A stretch of DNA of 63,911 nt, the filler included, from Choristocarpus tenellus KU-1152 (Eukaryota > Protista > Phaeophyceae): NCBI GenBank assembly GCA_964200185.2. It is 12 parts of 12 records of this genome, joined end to end, with 100 filler letters (N's around TTAATTAATTAA, not from the genome) between each part and the next. Parts side by side here need not be neighbours in the genome. Positions count along the whole stretch, not along the records: positions 36,527 to 39,507 come from CAXNAD020023181.1; positions 39,608 to 42,436 come from CAXNAD020024375.1; positions 42,537 to 51,626 come from CAXNAD020003994.1; 9 more parts are not named here. The stretch is one strand, 5' to 3'. The stretch's first letter is position 1. The number at the start of each line of letters is the position of its first letter. The notes beneath the pieces are model-generated. The model was given only the letters and a program-made list of their open reading frames with translations. It made no database searches and was not told where the DNA came from. This document shows, one piece after another, positions 37,151 through 51,200 of the stretch. Made by a program: the position numbers and the translations under genes.

Positions 37151-37199
37151 ATCAAGCCCAAATAAATGGTGGCATATATTCACGTTCCTGTTGCGTACG

Positions 37200-37670
37200 T
37201 TTCGCGGTTCGACGTGATTTTTTCCTGCTCAGGATTCTTGTTTCAAATCGACACATACACACACCCCAACAGTCTTGCCGCGCTTTGGAAATTGATGGTC
37301 TTTACCGTTCAATAGAACACATCAAATTCACTCATTACTGTCTGGGCTATGTCAAGCACAAACCTGTGCATGGTTGCCCTCCCAACATGTGGCCTAGGTC
37401 GGCGCGTAATTTGTTTTCATCTTCATCTTTCATTTTCGTGGGTCAACTTAATGCTTTCCTGCTCAGGATTCTTGTTTCAAATAGACACACACACAACCCA
37501 ACCGTCTTGCCGCGCTTTGGAAATTGATGGCCTTTACCGTCCGATAGAACATATCAAATTCATTCACTACTGTCTGGCCTATGTCAAGCACAAACCTGTG
37601 CATGGTTGCTGTACCGACATGTGACCTTCGTCGGCGTGTAAATCCTTCTCATCTGCGTACGGTATTGATG
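37200..37670 (+). repeat. Tandem repeat family R-A, about 233-bp unit x2
   Basis: Near-identical units TTCCTGCTCAGGATTCTTGTTTCAAAT...GTCAAGCACAAACCTGTGCATGGTTGC. Confidence 0.92.
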
Positions 37671-37995
37671 TCTTCTTATTTTCAATATTCATCCCATATC
37701 GGCGGGGTTTGCCGTTCGATACATGTTCGCCAGTAGCAGACTCCACGGAAAGTGCTACGCCGTCCTCATGACCACAGCAGCGCTACGCCCTTTTCATATC
37801 ACGTTTGCATAGCCCACGCATCGACACGAACCTCGCACTCCCTACCAATCCCGTCATCATTGATCACATACTCTATCACTGTTTATACAAAAACACCCTT
37901 GCTGTGATCGCCAAACAATAGCATCCACCCCTGCGTTGATATCCTTCTCGTTTGCTGATACCGTTGCCGTAAAATGTTCCCCCCTACATTGACAG

Positions 37996-39357
37996 GCAGT
38001 CAGCCGGAGGCCCAAGGAATCCTGAAGACGAAATGACGACAGAGATGATCACGTCAAACCTCAGCGCGACATGTATGATGGACCTGGCCACATCTGCCTT
38101 CTTCTCCCAGAGGTACAATGTCAACCTCCTTGACAAGGATAAAGTAGAGTCAATGTTCTCGAAGCTGGGGCCAGACCCATAGGTCGCCGCCAATAAGCTC
38201 GCAGGGATCCTGAGTGGACAGCCTTTCTCTTGCCCAACGGTGACCCGCTCGCACACTACATTGCCAACGGCAACCTGGAGGTAAATGAGGATGGCGAAGA
38301 TAGGGATAAAGACGAAGACGATAACCTCTTATTTTGTCTGAATGTACAACACCGCATAATGCTCCTGAGGTTAATCTAATGCGTGGCAAAAGAGGACAAT
38401 GTCCCATGTGGCATCAACCTCCCGGCCCACGTCACAACACGATGGGCCTCTGACATCGGAGCGAACCTCCAGATCAGCGATCACAGGAGGTTCATATGGA
38501 AGATCTATCCACACTGCAGCCGCAGAAAGGCTGAATCCATTTCAATAGGAGAGAGTGTGGCGGGCAGTAGGTCGCATGTGCCCAACATTCTCGACATATT
38601 CCATTGGATGGTGTCTTGGGTTGCCACTATCCTGGAGTATAGGTACAACTTCAGTTGCGACAGGTCCCACCCCTACGTCCAGGAAACGGAAGAGGACTCT
38701 GATCGTCACACGCGCATGACGACATTGGTCACCGGGTCATAGTATCTGGGGGGGGGGGTTGTCGGCGTCCGTTTTTTACTTTTTTTTCGATTTTCACTTT
38801 TTTGGTGTGATTTGGTCGCACGTGTCGGATTTGAAATATCAGCAAAAAAAAGAGTTGTTGGACCGAAACGGACGTCCCCTCACAAACCACACACGCACGC
38901 AACCAGATACTTATCTGGTGCCAGATGCAACCAATACTTTCTGGGAAACATAGACTTCCCGAGTGCCGACGCCACGTTACAGACGGTTATTAAGAGGAGG
39001 GTTGCTGCCAAGATAAAGGCATTCCTCCAAGAAGCATGGGAGGACACACACATGGAAGTCAGGATGAGTAGACTCACCGACCAAACCTCCGCCCAGTTCT
39101 ACAATGCGATCGCCACTCTTGTGCATATATGCGCAGGAGAAGGTGAGGTTCTCACGACTCCTTCCCCAGGAAACGATTCGTGAAACGATTGTGAGCATCG
39201 CCTACTTTTCGTCGCCCATATACGTACTAATTCTGCGTCGGTGATCCAACTAACCCGATCCCTTTCTTCCCCTCACTATGTTCCACCAGAGACAAAAGGT
39301 CTGGAGGAGATCCTTCTCGGTGTGTGGAGAGAGCACAAAAAGCGCGACGCCTCCAGT
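37996..39357 (+). pseudogene. ParB/Srx-fold pseudogene, family A copy 2 (exons 37996-39142, 39290-39357)
   Basis: Colinear paralog of 24317-25557 (LNVQHR, WKIYPHC, SRSHVPNIL, IKRRVAAKIKAFL, LEEILLGVW) with stops, an about 80-bp deletion and a MITE insertion. Confidence 0.6.
38734..38920 (+). mobile_element. MITE family C inserted in exon
   Basis: Absent from the paralog (TLVT|KC vs TLVT|RC); GGGTCATAGTATCT-Gn ... CCAGATACTT ends. Confidence 0.8.
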
Positions 39358-39402
39358 GTAAGCACGGTGCAGCCATCGCCACATTTGTACATCCAATGCC
39401 CC

Positions 39403-39507
39403 AACCCAAAGTATCTGGGGGGGGGGGGGGTCTACACCAGGGTGTCCGTTTTGGGTCAAAAAAGGGAAAAATGAATTTACAACTTCAACCCGACGTAAGC
39501 AACAAAA
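39403..39507. mobile_element. MITE family B/C-type end at contig edge
   Basis: CCCAAAGTATCT-Gn-TCTACACCAGGGTGTCC. Confidence 0.7.
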
Positions 39508-40429
39508 NNNNNNNNNNNNNNNNNNNNNNNNNNNNNNNNNNNNNNNNNNNNTTAATTAATTAANNNNNNNNNNNNNNNNNNNNNNNNNNNNNNNNNNNNN
39601 NNNNNNNATAACTTACTAGACACTAGAAACACTCAAAGTATGCTAATGGAGTGTTTACCTTTAGGGGGGGGGGGGGGATCCCCGAGACTGGGTGGCTTCA
39701 GCGTGCGTAACACAAGTACTTTCACAGTATGTGTGAGGGTCTGCAAAAAGATCTTTGATACCACACCCAAGAAAACAATTATCCGTTTCTTGTCTCCTGA
39801 ATTTGCCTGCAGCCTTTCAGCTGGGGAGGTCTCAACACATAAAGTGTTGATGAACTAACTCTGGTAAATTGGTTTCTTCCGACAATCAACCCTGTAGTAA
39901 TTAATGTTTCGAGGTTTTCCTTCTTACCTGTAAGAGGTTATATACTCGATATCAACTTCATGTTAGAGGTAGATGGTTTGTCGAAAGTATCAAGGTAACA
40001 ACTCGTACTTTGCCCCATCTGTTTCTTTTCAGTTTTGTTTTTTACCGGCATTTTAGATATTGTAACGTTTTCAACTATTTCAATAATGTGCTTTTTTGTA
40101 ATTGGATTATGGGGACTACGCCAGGATGGAGTTTTCACATTTTTTTCTTTCCACTTTATTGAGTTCTCGACGTATGTTTGGGAGTGATATTTTTAGTTCT
40201 AATTCAGTGTCATTCTGATGTTTTTTTTCTTTAATACAGAGTAAAAGGAAACGATATGTACTCATAGTTGCATTTTAAGGGAATTGACAAACATGTCCAA
40301 AATTGGACTGTTTTTACAAGTACGTATAGGAATAAAAAAAATATGGGTGATCCAGAAAAGATTGAAAAACAGATTTCAAATTCAAAACAGCCAAAACCTG
40401 GGTACCTTTCGTTTACTCTGGCTTGCAGC

Positions 40430-41100
40430 TGTTGCCACTAGCCGACCTTGTTCTAGAGTCAAGTCCCTGGACATCTCCTATTCAGCTCTTCTGCTCTGTT
40501 AATCTGCGCCCTTCCCTTTTCCACATCCATCCCACCACCTCGGTTGTATGCTCTTTTGCCTGTAGGGGTACGAAGATGCACATCAGTGGCTGGCACATAC
40601 AAAGTACAGCATGTCACCTCCTCTTCCCCCATCAACCACTGACAGTAGTACCTCCTCTGGTCTGACTCCTGGTTTGTTATGAGTGTACTTGTGATGTCAT
40701 TGGTCTGGAATCGGAGGGGGTCCAGTCATCCGGAAGTTCAGAGAGGAGGAGTCACAATTGGTTTCCCCAAGAGTGAAAGAATGGTGTCATTCCTATCACT
40801 GTCACTCCCTGTTTTTGTGGCTGTGCACATGCATGTGGCAATGTGTTGCATGATCAAGGTTGGGGGATTTGTATTTGTTAGTCTACTGTATTGTTTTGTT
40901 GGAGGAGCCACATTTTAGTGGGGTAGAGCTAGTTGCACCGGCTCAATAGTGGAGTATATGCGAGATCTTTGTTGCTGATGCTCTTCAATACTAACTTCTC
41001 AATGCCAGTTTCATTTCAACCAATTAAGTACAACAAGCATGCTATCACCGTGTGGGGCTAAGCACAATCTTCTTGACAGTGAGGGCAATCTTAGTTTTTA
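40430..41100 (+). pseudogene. Decayed Copia RT C-terminus / RNase H remnant
   Basis: SLDISYSALLLC..P..H (cf. RPDISYAV..L) followed by GGVTIGFPKSERMVS.LS (cf. GG.I.W.SK.Q..VA.S). Confidence 0.4.
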
Positions 41101-43080
41101 TTATGTTAATACTGCAAGAATCATAAACATATTGTCCGTATCCTTGGTATATTTGTTTTATTTAATCGGATCACCATAGTAGGAACAAATTGGGTTCTGG
41201 GCCAACCATTCCAGTTTATGTTTGAACTGCAGTTAGGTCTTCAAAAGGGAGGGGTGAGCCCAATCGGTGTTGTAGTTATAACTATCTGCACACCACCGCC
41301 GCTTCTAGCAACACCTGACTGTGCTGCAACCGTAATTCTAGGTACAACAATTCGAATTTTCCACAGTCAGTTTGCCCTCCTGCGTTCTGTATTTTCCCCT
41401 TGTATTCCAGAGAGTGTAGGTAGACAATCTTCTGACTAGATCCTCCAATTGAAATAAGTAGTAGTGAAGAAAAAGCCTGCTCAACTGAATTCACATGTTG
41501 TACTGACAGATAAATACTTAAGAGGCCCACCTATTGTATATATGTATGTATGTATTGTGTAAGAGAGGGTTAAGGCATTTCAGTCCCCAGGCTAGAGGTT
41601 CTAGTAGATTATTTTCTGTGGCAAGATTTTTTAGTTTAGTTCCGGGGTCAGTCTTCAGTCCCGGTCCTTGATGGGCAAGATTCAGACCTTACGCATGATT
41701 CTGACTAGCTGTTATCTAAATCCTACTTGAGACCTGATTGTGTCCTAACTTGCTACTAGACCCGTGTATAACTATCGATGACTTGCACAGGTCTCACATC
41801 CATTTGGTTCCTTTACTATACTTGTTGGAATGATCAATGCATCTTGTATCATAGTTCAAATGCGTTTGCTTGAGTCCATCCATTGCCCTATCCTTTCTGA
41901 TGAACCCCTTTCGTATTGATTACCTGATCGATATAGATAGGTTCAGGAAGTGTTGCGCGTCAGTTGCAAGTTCCAGCAGAGGAGGTTTCTGTCAAGAAAA
42001 AAAATCGGACTCACAAGTTTTTGGGGGTATAGCTTTTGAGGATGGGGTGGTGAGGGACGTAGAACAATCAGTACCAAAAAAAAATCAGAAATTCTGATGT
42101 CACAATTTTTCCTTCAATTTTTCTTTCCATTTTCAACCTCAGAATGAGAAAACATCACGTTAGCCTCAGGCTCTCGTGACAGCATGTAGACAACACATTA
42201 CTATCGACCCCCCAAAAGGAGATAAGAAGCGGTAAGTATCTGATTATATCAATAGTATTGTGTTAACTATGTATGTGGAGCATTGGCGAAGTATTGGTGT
42301 AGGGAAGTGGAGATATAAGAAAAAAATAGCGAAAAATTGAGGTAAAATGATATTTTGGTTGAGATTCTCTCCTTGTACAGAGTTACAGGGATTTCTGGCT
42401 CAAAGTATCTGGGGGGGGGGGGGGGGGGGGAGACTANNNNNNNNNNNNNNNNNNNNNNNNNNNNNNNNNNNNNNNNNNNNTTAATTAATTAANNNNNNNN
42501 NNNNNNNNNNNNNNNNNNNNNNNNNNNNNNNNNNNNAATTGACCCCAAATGGCCAGCCCCCCCCCCCCCCGGATACTTTGAGGCAGTATTACACCAAATA
42601 TGACCTCCAGAGTGGTTTGTAAGGGTATGAATATTGTATTTGTATCCACTGATATCCTTAATTATTCCAGTTCCAAAAGTGATGAGGCTCTATGGGTTGG
42701 AGAAAGGTACTCCTAGACCAAGGTGTTCATTTTCACCTGTACAATCATTAGATCAATAGTCAAGGGCCCTATTGAAAGGATCCAAGATCCTGAGAGACAA
42801 GAGGGAGATCAAGGGCAAAGTAGGGTGGCAACAATGCACCACTGTTACACCAGAATGATGTGTACTACATGTTGTGGTGTCCAAAGCTCAACCTGACTCA
42901 TATACTTGGGAGACTTTTGAGGTATCCTGTGTTGAATTGTGGAAATGGACAATGGAAGAACAGCAACTGACACCGTTTTTCAAGCCAACAGAAAGCATCT
43001 GTCCAAGAAGCCAAAAACAATAACAGTGAACCAAAGCAACAAGGGTATCTCAATATCATCTGGGTAAAGTTGGAGCTTAC

Positions 43081-46000
43081 CTCATAATCCCATTGTAGTG
43101 CACACATTGTAATAAGCTCTGTCTCCACCCCATCTGTGAATCGGCGACGTAGCTGTGTCGATTGGGGTTAATTTCAGACTTTGAGGTTGGCTATGTGTTC
43201 GAGTCTCTGCTTGTACATGTATGTGTGCATTTTTTCTCCTACAAGTTCAATTGTCTAGACCTTAAGAAAAAAAGTTTTTTTTATCATTTTTTGGGCTAAA
43301 TGAAGAATTCCATGCTTTGGTGCATTGCTGAGAATATTGGACTTAGTACACTACTCTCATTTCTATGTCACATCCAACTCTTTGATAGTGAGAGTTCCAA
43401 ACCATTTCATCAACTTAAAACCAACGCCAACCCCATGTCTAGGGACCAATGATAAAAAGCTAAGAGTATGACAGCTGCAGAGGTACTGTTTGGTGCAAGG
43501 CAGAGCAGCATATCTGTGTGAGGTATACAAAAAACGAACAATATCTTGTCAATCTCAGTTTCAGTGATTCCTCTTGGTGTTCCCAACAAAGCATTGCAGA
43601 AAAACTAGATACACACAAACCACTGGAACAATGAGCAAAAACATTCCTTGTACAATGGGATTTGTATATATGCAGGAAAATTATTGTATACAGAGGAAGG
43701 ATAAGGTTGTTAAGAACAATTGAAGAAAAAAACAAATACATTACGATATATATAAAGACAGAAGAAAATAGTACCCCAAGTTGAAACAGCATCCACAACA
43801 GACTGTCTCTCAGTATTGGACAGCTTGGGCACCCCAAACCTTGGCAAGGCGTCGGTCTGCTTTCTCGCTGGTATACTCCATCTCCTTCTCAACCTGGTTC
43901 ACAGAACGCACCCCACAAAGGGAATAAGAAACCGAAAAAACCCTGTAAAGTTCTTGGGGGGAGAAGAGATTGTTGCACTCAACAAGGTGAACAACACATT
44001 TACTGCGTTTCTGTTTGATTCGGTGAACGCACAAAAAAAAGGTGTTAGATATTATAATGACACAAAAAAAGTGTTAGATATTATGATGACCGGTTTCACT
44101 CTACAACTCTTGCCTAGAAAAAGAGGTCTTCATTCTCGGAAGTACATGAAAACAGAAAACCTGTTGCTTACTACAAAGAACCTAACCAAGCGCCTCCCCC
44201 CCGCAATAACCACATCCACATAGTACTACAACCCACATAGCGCCGCCGTGCGACCCAATTCCGCACATAAGGAGGGGTAAGTCTCAAAGTGCACAAAGCA
44301 CTAAGTTGGAGGTGGGGGAATCATGTTTGCCACATACATCCCTACCACTCTATCCTTCAGGTACCAATCCCATGCATATGCACCTCTTCGCAGAGATCCT
44401 TCCCTTGTCTCTCCAGCATCTTCACATATTCTGGATCAATCAGGAGGTCTGCCTCAGAAAGACGTTCTTGGGGGGGAAGGCAGGAATTTTCTTCCACCAT
44501 GCGAGAGAATTCCGCCTTTAAAAGAAAATAAATTGATGCATCAGATGTTGTCATAGCAGTCATCAAGGGAGGAAGCATTTCATGCAGAATTGGAATGCAG
44601 AAGAGAATGGCTGGTTACCTAACAGCAACTCTCATGTCTCACCACGAGACAGAGGAAATATCCAGTATTGTCTATTCATGTGGTGACATCCAAGGCCCTA
44701 TATGCCCGTAACGGTCTCTCTCTCCCTGTAGTATATACATATATATGAGTGTGTATCAGCTCTTGTGATCCGATGTGTGCACTTAGCGCTAAGTGGGTCT
44801 CTTTCTCATCAAGGAGTCATCTCAGAGTATACATGATTACAGAGGAGCAGGGTTGTACTGCAACAATAATTGTGAGCAAGGTTTAATCTGTTTGCCGAGG
44901 AGTTAGTAAGAATCTAGTGGGGAGAAGTAGATGTAGCTAAGGATGTGGGTTCAAGAGGAACAGGTAGCACCAGCAGTCATTTTTTACTTGAGGACACATC
45001 TGAGGGGGAAAGAACTGTAAGCTCCATCCCACAATTTTTTTTATGACAACATCACCCAGTCCCATCTAAACTCCTCCCAGCCATAATGATTGCTCAGATT
45101 CGTTGTGAGCACCTGCAGCTGCCGCACCACGGCCCGGACGCCTTCCTTCTTGACCTCTGCTGCAGCACGCCTATTTGCATTTCGTTCATCAATTGCAGCA
45201 ACAAACTGGACTTAGCACAGAGTGGCTGGAAAGTCTAGTTCCAGTCAACGGTAGCTCTCTTCATAGCCGCTTTGATGATTGCTCCTTGTCAACAAAACTC
45301 GTAAATATTTTGAACAATTCTTCCAAAAACAATTTCAGCCTGACATCCCATCTGCATCACCTGTTGTCATCTTCAGTCTTGAGCTTGTCCTCTTGAATAG
45401 AATAGACAGCATCCCCTAAAATATCAGGTGCCTCAACATCAATAGGGGGGGGCTCGAACTTGTTCCCTTGTATGGTTGGTTTAACCTATATTATTTGGGG
45501 TGAGGACGCAGGAGATGTGAGATAAGCGGCGTGATTGAAGCACCTTTGGTGCTGTCTGGAGGTTGATCATTTCAGGCGTGCCCATGCAGGGCATTATGTG
45601 GTCTGTAAGGAATGGGGAAGCCAAGCCTCAAACGGAAAAACAGGGCAAAACTCGTACCCTCTCAGATACTTTCACTCTTCCCATGGGTTCTTTTCTGACT
45701 TTTTCCTACTCCAAAATGTTTAGGAGTAGGTAAAGTGTACACATTATGAAAATGTGTGTCCAGAACAAGTATATTGACACTTCCTAACAAACACAATAGC
45801 CAAAATTACATCAAAATCACAACATTGGATTTTGGGCCCCAAGCGGACGCAGCTCTTCCCTCTTAGATACTTTGGGTCAATCCTATGGTGAAGACCATGA
45901 AGAATCAGATAGCCTCCTATGACTAAAAGCACACAATAATCAAGGTATTTTTTGGACTATATATTTTTTGTTAGAACTACTACAGATGCAATTGGGGCAT

Positions 46001-46564
46001 GTATGGAGTGCAACAGTGGTTAACTAAATTACAGGAAACAGATTTTGCCATAATTGAGTGGCCTGTTCCGTCTTTCACGAGATGTATATTGCCAATGCAA
46101 TTCAGTGCAGGTTACTTCAAAATCTTTGTTGTCCTGTGTATATCATCCCCGCAGGATTTTCTACCATATACTCCACCTCCCTTCAATACCAATGTCTAAC
46201 TCATGGTTCTCTTGTTGCAATTCATCTGGTTCCTTCTCTTCTTGTTGATAGCATTTCAACATCAGTACTCTCTTCTCACCTATGAAATAGTATTGTAGTA
46301 TGTGTTAAGGCTACAGAGTGCAAGAATACTACTACATAGCCTACAATAGAAGCAACCGAACAGGCAAATCAATCTATGCAGGTAAACCCATCCGTACAGG
46401 CATGCAATAAATACGTCACCTCTGAGAAGCCCACTAGATCGGCGACTTTCCCCTCCCCCTCATCCAAATAATCAGAGAGGAAGCTTGGAAGCTCCTCTGG
46501 CTCATCCCCCCTAGGAATTGCAGATAGTTCTACAGCACTGAGCTTCCGACCAGCTTTGGCACTC
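43081..46564 (-). CDS. CFAP44: Cilia- and flagella-associated protein 44 (WDR52), internal part; exons 46420-46564, 45361-45485, 45113-45170, 44384-44515, 43840-43893, 43081-43152
   Basis: Phase-consistent spliced peptide APDILGDAVYSIQEDKLKTEDDNRRAAAEVKKEGVRAVVRQLQAEFSRMVEENSCLPPQERLSEADLLIDPEY...VEKEMEYTSEKADRRLAKLRRRFTDGVE matches the region after the WD40 repeats of CFAP44. Confidence 0.78.
45613..45878 (+). mobile_element. MITE family A with its left ~65 bp inverted
   Basis: 45613-45678 is the reverse complement of the normal left arm; the remainder is in forward orientation to the right TIR. Confidence 0.8.
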
Positions 46565-47187
46565 CTGCACGTCATATACATACATACGGCTGGAGGGATC
46601 ACGGGTTTGAAAATAGAAGCAGCTAATGGAGATATAGTGGTATCTCTTCTAGTGGCATAAGCATAGAAGTGAAAGGTAGGTGTGCTATTCCATTTATCAC
46701 ATGTGAGCCCCTTGCACTCATACCTATAGATAGATTCCTCCTTATCCCAACTATTAGGATGACGAAGAAATAAGGTGTATCTTATTTGGTATAACTGGGA
46801 GACAGGAGTAGAAATACATTCTGGCACTCCAACTGCGATTCCATCGTACCAACCAGCCATGCAACAAGCATTACTTTCCCTCCCCACTCCTTTGCAGATG
46901 AGGAAAACTCTAGAGTCCAAGCTGTGTAGTGTTAGTTGAGAAATGGTGCGATACCCTGACTGTAACCATAGTACTGGCTCTATTATTGCAGGGGAAAGGG
47001 GAAGCATTTACAAAACACACAAAGATTTCTGCGAAGTGGGGTTGGTCTCCGTAAATGGCACATAGACCACTTTTTGGGTGATCGCTGCTTGTGTTTTTGT
47101 TCTCACACTTTCTAAAATGCAAAAATATAGCAACCCCCAAACAAAATAGTGCTGGTGTGGCTACGTTGACGGGTCATTTGAGTGATT

Positions 47188-47619
47188 GAGATTGAAAGTA
47201 TCTTAGAGGGTACGAGTTTTGCCCTTTTTGCCCGTTTGGGGCTTTGCTTCCCATGGGGTTTTTTTATGACATTTTTCTGTTCCGAAATGTTTCGGAGTAG
47301 GTAAAATGTGTCATTTGAATGATTGAGAGTGAAAGTATCTTAGGGTTAGGGTACAAATTTTGCCCTGTTTGTCCGTTTGGGGCTTGGCTTCTCACAGGTG
47401 TTTTATGACATTTTTTTACTCCGATACTTCGGAGTAGCGAAAATGTATACGTTATGAAAGGTGTGTCCACACGAAGGATATTGACACTTCCTGACATAAA
47501 CGATAGCCAAAATTACATCAAAATCGGAACATTGGATTTGACCCCCAAATGGACGAGGCTCTACCCTCTAAGATACTTTGACTCGGACGCGGTCCTACCC
47601 TCCAAGATACTTTGAAATC
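47188..47619 (+). mobile_element. Compound MITE family A (partial copy, full copy 47327-47584, extra right TIR)
   Basis: Two left arms, each preceded by GTCATTTGA.TGATT, and two right TIRs. Confidence 0.85.
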
Positions 47620-47988
47620 TGACTGGCATATATATGTTCGAAGCACAATGCATTGATGCTCAACATTGTTGCGCAGATGTTACATCACGCGAAGGAGGAA
47701 CCAATGTACAACATGCTCTGCCCAGTGGCCAATGACAGGGAAAAAAGAACAATCTTGGAAGCACACCAATCAGATATGCAGACATCCAAAAAAGGAAAAA
47801 AAAGATGAAATAATGTAAAAGTGCTCAGAAAAAAAATAAAAATAAGCATCAACAAGGCAAAATGAAAAATATTGGAAAAAAAGTCAACTACAGGAAGAAG
47901 AGAGAGAGAGTCTAGCAACTATCAGTACCAAGGAATTGGTCCCAGCATGCGCCAGGACCAATAACAAGGTCCATACACCCCTTTCATT

Positions 47989-48246
47989 GAGCCAAAGTAT
48001 CTCAGAGGGTACAGCCGCATCCATTTGGGGGTCAAAATCCAATTTTTGATTTTGATGTAATTTTGACTATCGTGTTTGTTACGGAGTGTCAACACCCATG
48101 TTCCGGACACACCTTTTCACAACATATAAATTTTATCTACTCCGAAATATTCTGGGGTAGGAAAATGTCATAAAACAACCCATGGGAAGCCAAGCCCCAA
48201 ATGGACAAAGAGGGAAAAAGTCATACCCTCTAAGATAGTTTCACTA
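47989..48246 (-). mobile_element. MITE family A, full-length
   Basis: GAGCCAAAGTATCTCAGAGGGTA...TACCCTCTAAGATAGTTTCACT. Confidence 0.9.
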
Positions 48247-51200
48247 ATTTGTTCAGAAAAAGAAAAAAGAACGCAGTAGAGGATGGCAACAAGAAAAAAT
48301 CAAATTAAAGAAGATAGAGTGGCACACATCCGAAGGACCATAGTATACAATAGATTTTTTCTAACACCAGTGTCAATGAGGTTTATCCGCAACAAATACT
48401 CTGTCTCTGACCATTCCCCCAGGAATTATTTTGCCACACAGTTTGCAGAAGTATCCAAGAAAGGTCCTTCTTGAGTTCAAGCGGGTTGGGGGCGAAGGCA
48501 GTGTCCATGTTGTAACCATGGTCCTGGATTAATTTTCTGTCCCTACCCTACTTGTGGTTGTTTGAAGTAGAAAAGCATTTCGTGACCAGCTTGCTAGCAA
48601 GAAATGACCCAACAAAGTCCTCAGGGGCGAAGTGGGCCGCACGTCCTATTGGTTGAGGAACATCCCCCCCTCCTTCTGGATTCATTCCCTTCTGATGATT
48701 GGGTGCAAATCAACTAAGAAGCCAGTCCAAAACCAGTACAGCACAATGGTAAGATTCCATGCAGGGCACAGACTTTAAATATCCTATTTTGGAACAAGGC
48801 CTTGGTTGAGTCGAGTGTTGATGTAGTCAAAGCAATTGAATTGCATCCGACTCTTTTAGAATCCAGATCACTGTGAGACCCACTTTGGGCTATGATGGAC
48901 TGAATAAGGTGTTGACGAGTCCAAGTTTATTCATCTCTAAAATCCCCACCAGTTGCAAACCGTTCCTGTTGAGTTTTTCTCTATCATGGACCTTATCCCT
49001 TTTTTCTCCCTTCACCTCTTTCTCCTGTGTAGGCATTTGTATCTGTAAAAATAAAAATCATCATCCTTAGAGGAGACCTCTTCCACAGTTTCGAGCAGGG
49101 CCATCCTGAACTTCTTCCTTCTTAGCTCTCTTCTTCTCCACTTTCTCAACCTTCACCGTAGACTCAGTTGGAGATAAGCCTACAACAAATGTTTCTGCAT
49201 CAATCGCCCCTGTCAGCAGGATCAAATCCTTCCATGTCTCCCTGTCCCATCAACATCTCCACTGCAATAGGCAACGTACCAACCTCTTTCGAAGTCGTGC
49301 CTCCCAACTGGTCTTGTTTCCTGAGGCTCGATGTCATCCAATCCAACAGACACAGCTAGTAGGAGGAGGGTATCCACATCTCCTATGCCGCTCACATCAT
49401 TCACCACCATTGCGCAAAGAATTCAGGTGGTGACTGTGGTCTTTCCCTGTTCGAATCTTGGAGTGTTCGGTGGCCCATCTCTCATGCCTCTTCCTTTGTG
49501 TTACATGGCATTCGGGATGTTCCTTTCTTCATTGTCAACTGTTCTCTTCTGCCCTGCCCTCTTTGTTCAGACTTCATAATTGCCTTGTTTCTCACGCCAT
49601 AGGGTCAGCCATCCCACAGCTCATAGACGACGAATTTCTATCACCCGTCATTGAAGCCTGTGCTTACTGCTGAAGTGTCAAAGTGGGTAGTAGGTAGCCG
49701 GATAGCTGACCTAATACTGCTATTGCAGCACCCTAAGCGTCATGATGGAGAGTCATGTAATCTCTCAAAAATAGCATCTCCAGTGTGACGAAATACTTCC
49801 CTTTATGCTATTTCTTCCAATAACCAAGAGATAGAAGGGAAGGGGAGGCTGCCTGATGATGGTTGCAAGTACCCAGCACTTTGCATGTAGCAATGGCTGC
49901 AACCATCTTTGCAAAGCGGAGCAGAGTCCTTTATATCGTAAAGGGGATATTTTTTATTCGGGTGGGATACAGCGCCATTCGTGTGTTGGCCTGCATTTCT
50001 AGATTCACAAAAATAGAGACTCCCAAACAGCATTAGTGTGATTACCTCGCAGGGCAGGAAACATCATTGTTGCGCCTTCAATAGAACGACAGGGAGCTGT
50101 GTTAAATGTCCTGTAATATCTACAGATAGAGGCATTTTGATTTTTTTTTTAATCCTTCTTCATATCTTCAAATAACTACAGAGGGAAGGGGTGCTGCATG
50201 AACTCACACTACCACAGTAGATGGGAAGGGGGACAGTATGATAAGAATTACCGATACAATCATTACATTTGCGTCCATCAATAGGCACTATTTTCTTCGC
50301 ATAGATCATGCACGAAAGTATTATTCTAGGTATTCAACACAATAATAGGATTAACATCTAAACGCATACAGCATCTTGGTCGCATCAATAGGGAGTATGA
50401 TTCAACCTCTAAATACTTCCCCACTGCTGGTGTGAGTAGTACAGGGACTGACAGGATTATCAGGTCTATCCACCAGTGAGATGAAACAGTTCGGTCGGGC
50501 CATATTTTACATTGGTATATCAAGATTTATCTTCAGATTCTGTATTGTTCTAACCACGCAGGTGCTAGTGATGTGATGACTGCATGTATTGAGTCTCAGA
50601 TATAGCCCGCAACCACCATCAGATGGTGGCTTAGTCGGATCTAAGGGAACAACAAGCAATGTACCTTCCAGTAATAGAGATCATCTAGCAACTCACGCAT
50701 GCAACAAACTCCCCAGCATTCAAATCTATCAACCCCCTTTACCCTCCTGTCATCAACCTTCCAACCTTGAAAAGAAAGAGCATATACTACTCCAACCTAC
50801 GATCAACTGGCCTTATCTCTCCATCACACCTTGTGTAGGTACATGCTGAGAGCTGCTATACATAAATGTCTTTTTTGGGGGGGGGTCTCCTAAAATACTC
50901 ACACCTTTTGGGGACTTTCATGGAAGACGCTGGACTCAATGCCCTGGGGATGCCGAAATCCTTGATCTTAGTTTCCAGCTGCATGGTTTCTCTCTGTAAG
51001 GTGTTGATTAAAGATCTTCCATATTAAGGAGAGTACATTTGACAGGCATTGCCTAGACACAATAGTGCAGACTATATCGGGTTTTCCTCTTGCAACGATT
51101 CTACACGATATATTCACTGGAGGAAAGATTGAAGAGCTATTATATCATAGAAAAGTCTTGCTGGCATGTACCACGTGTTAAGCTTGCTGATTACCTGCTC

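Noticed and set aside
39760-42000. Scattered minus-strand candidate exons (ERLQANSGDKKRIIVFL; KPPLLELATDAQHFLNLS)
   Set aside because: Could not be assembled into a phase-consistent, recognisable gene.
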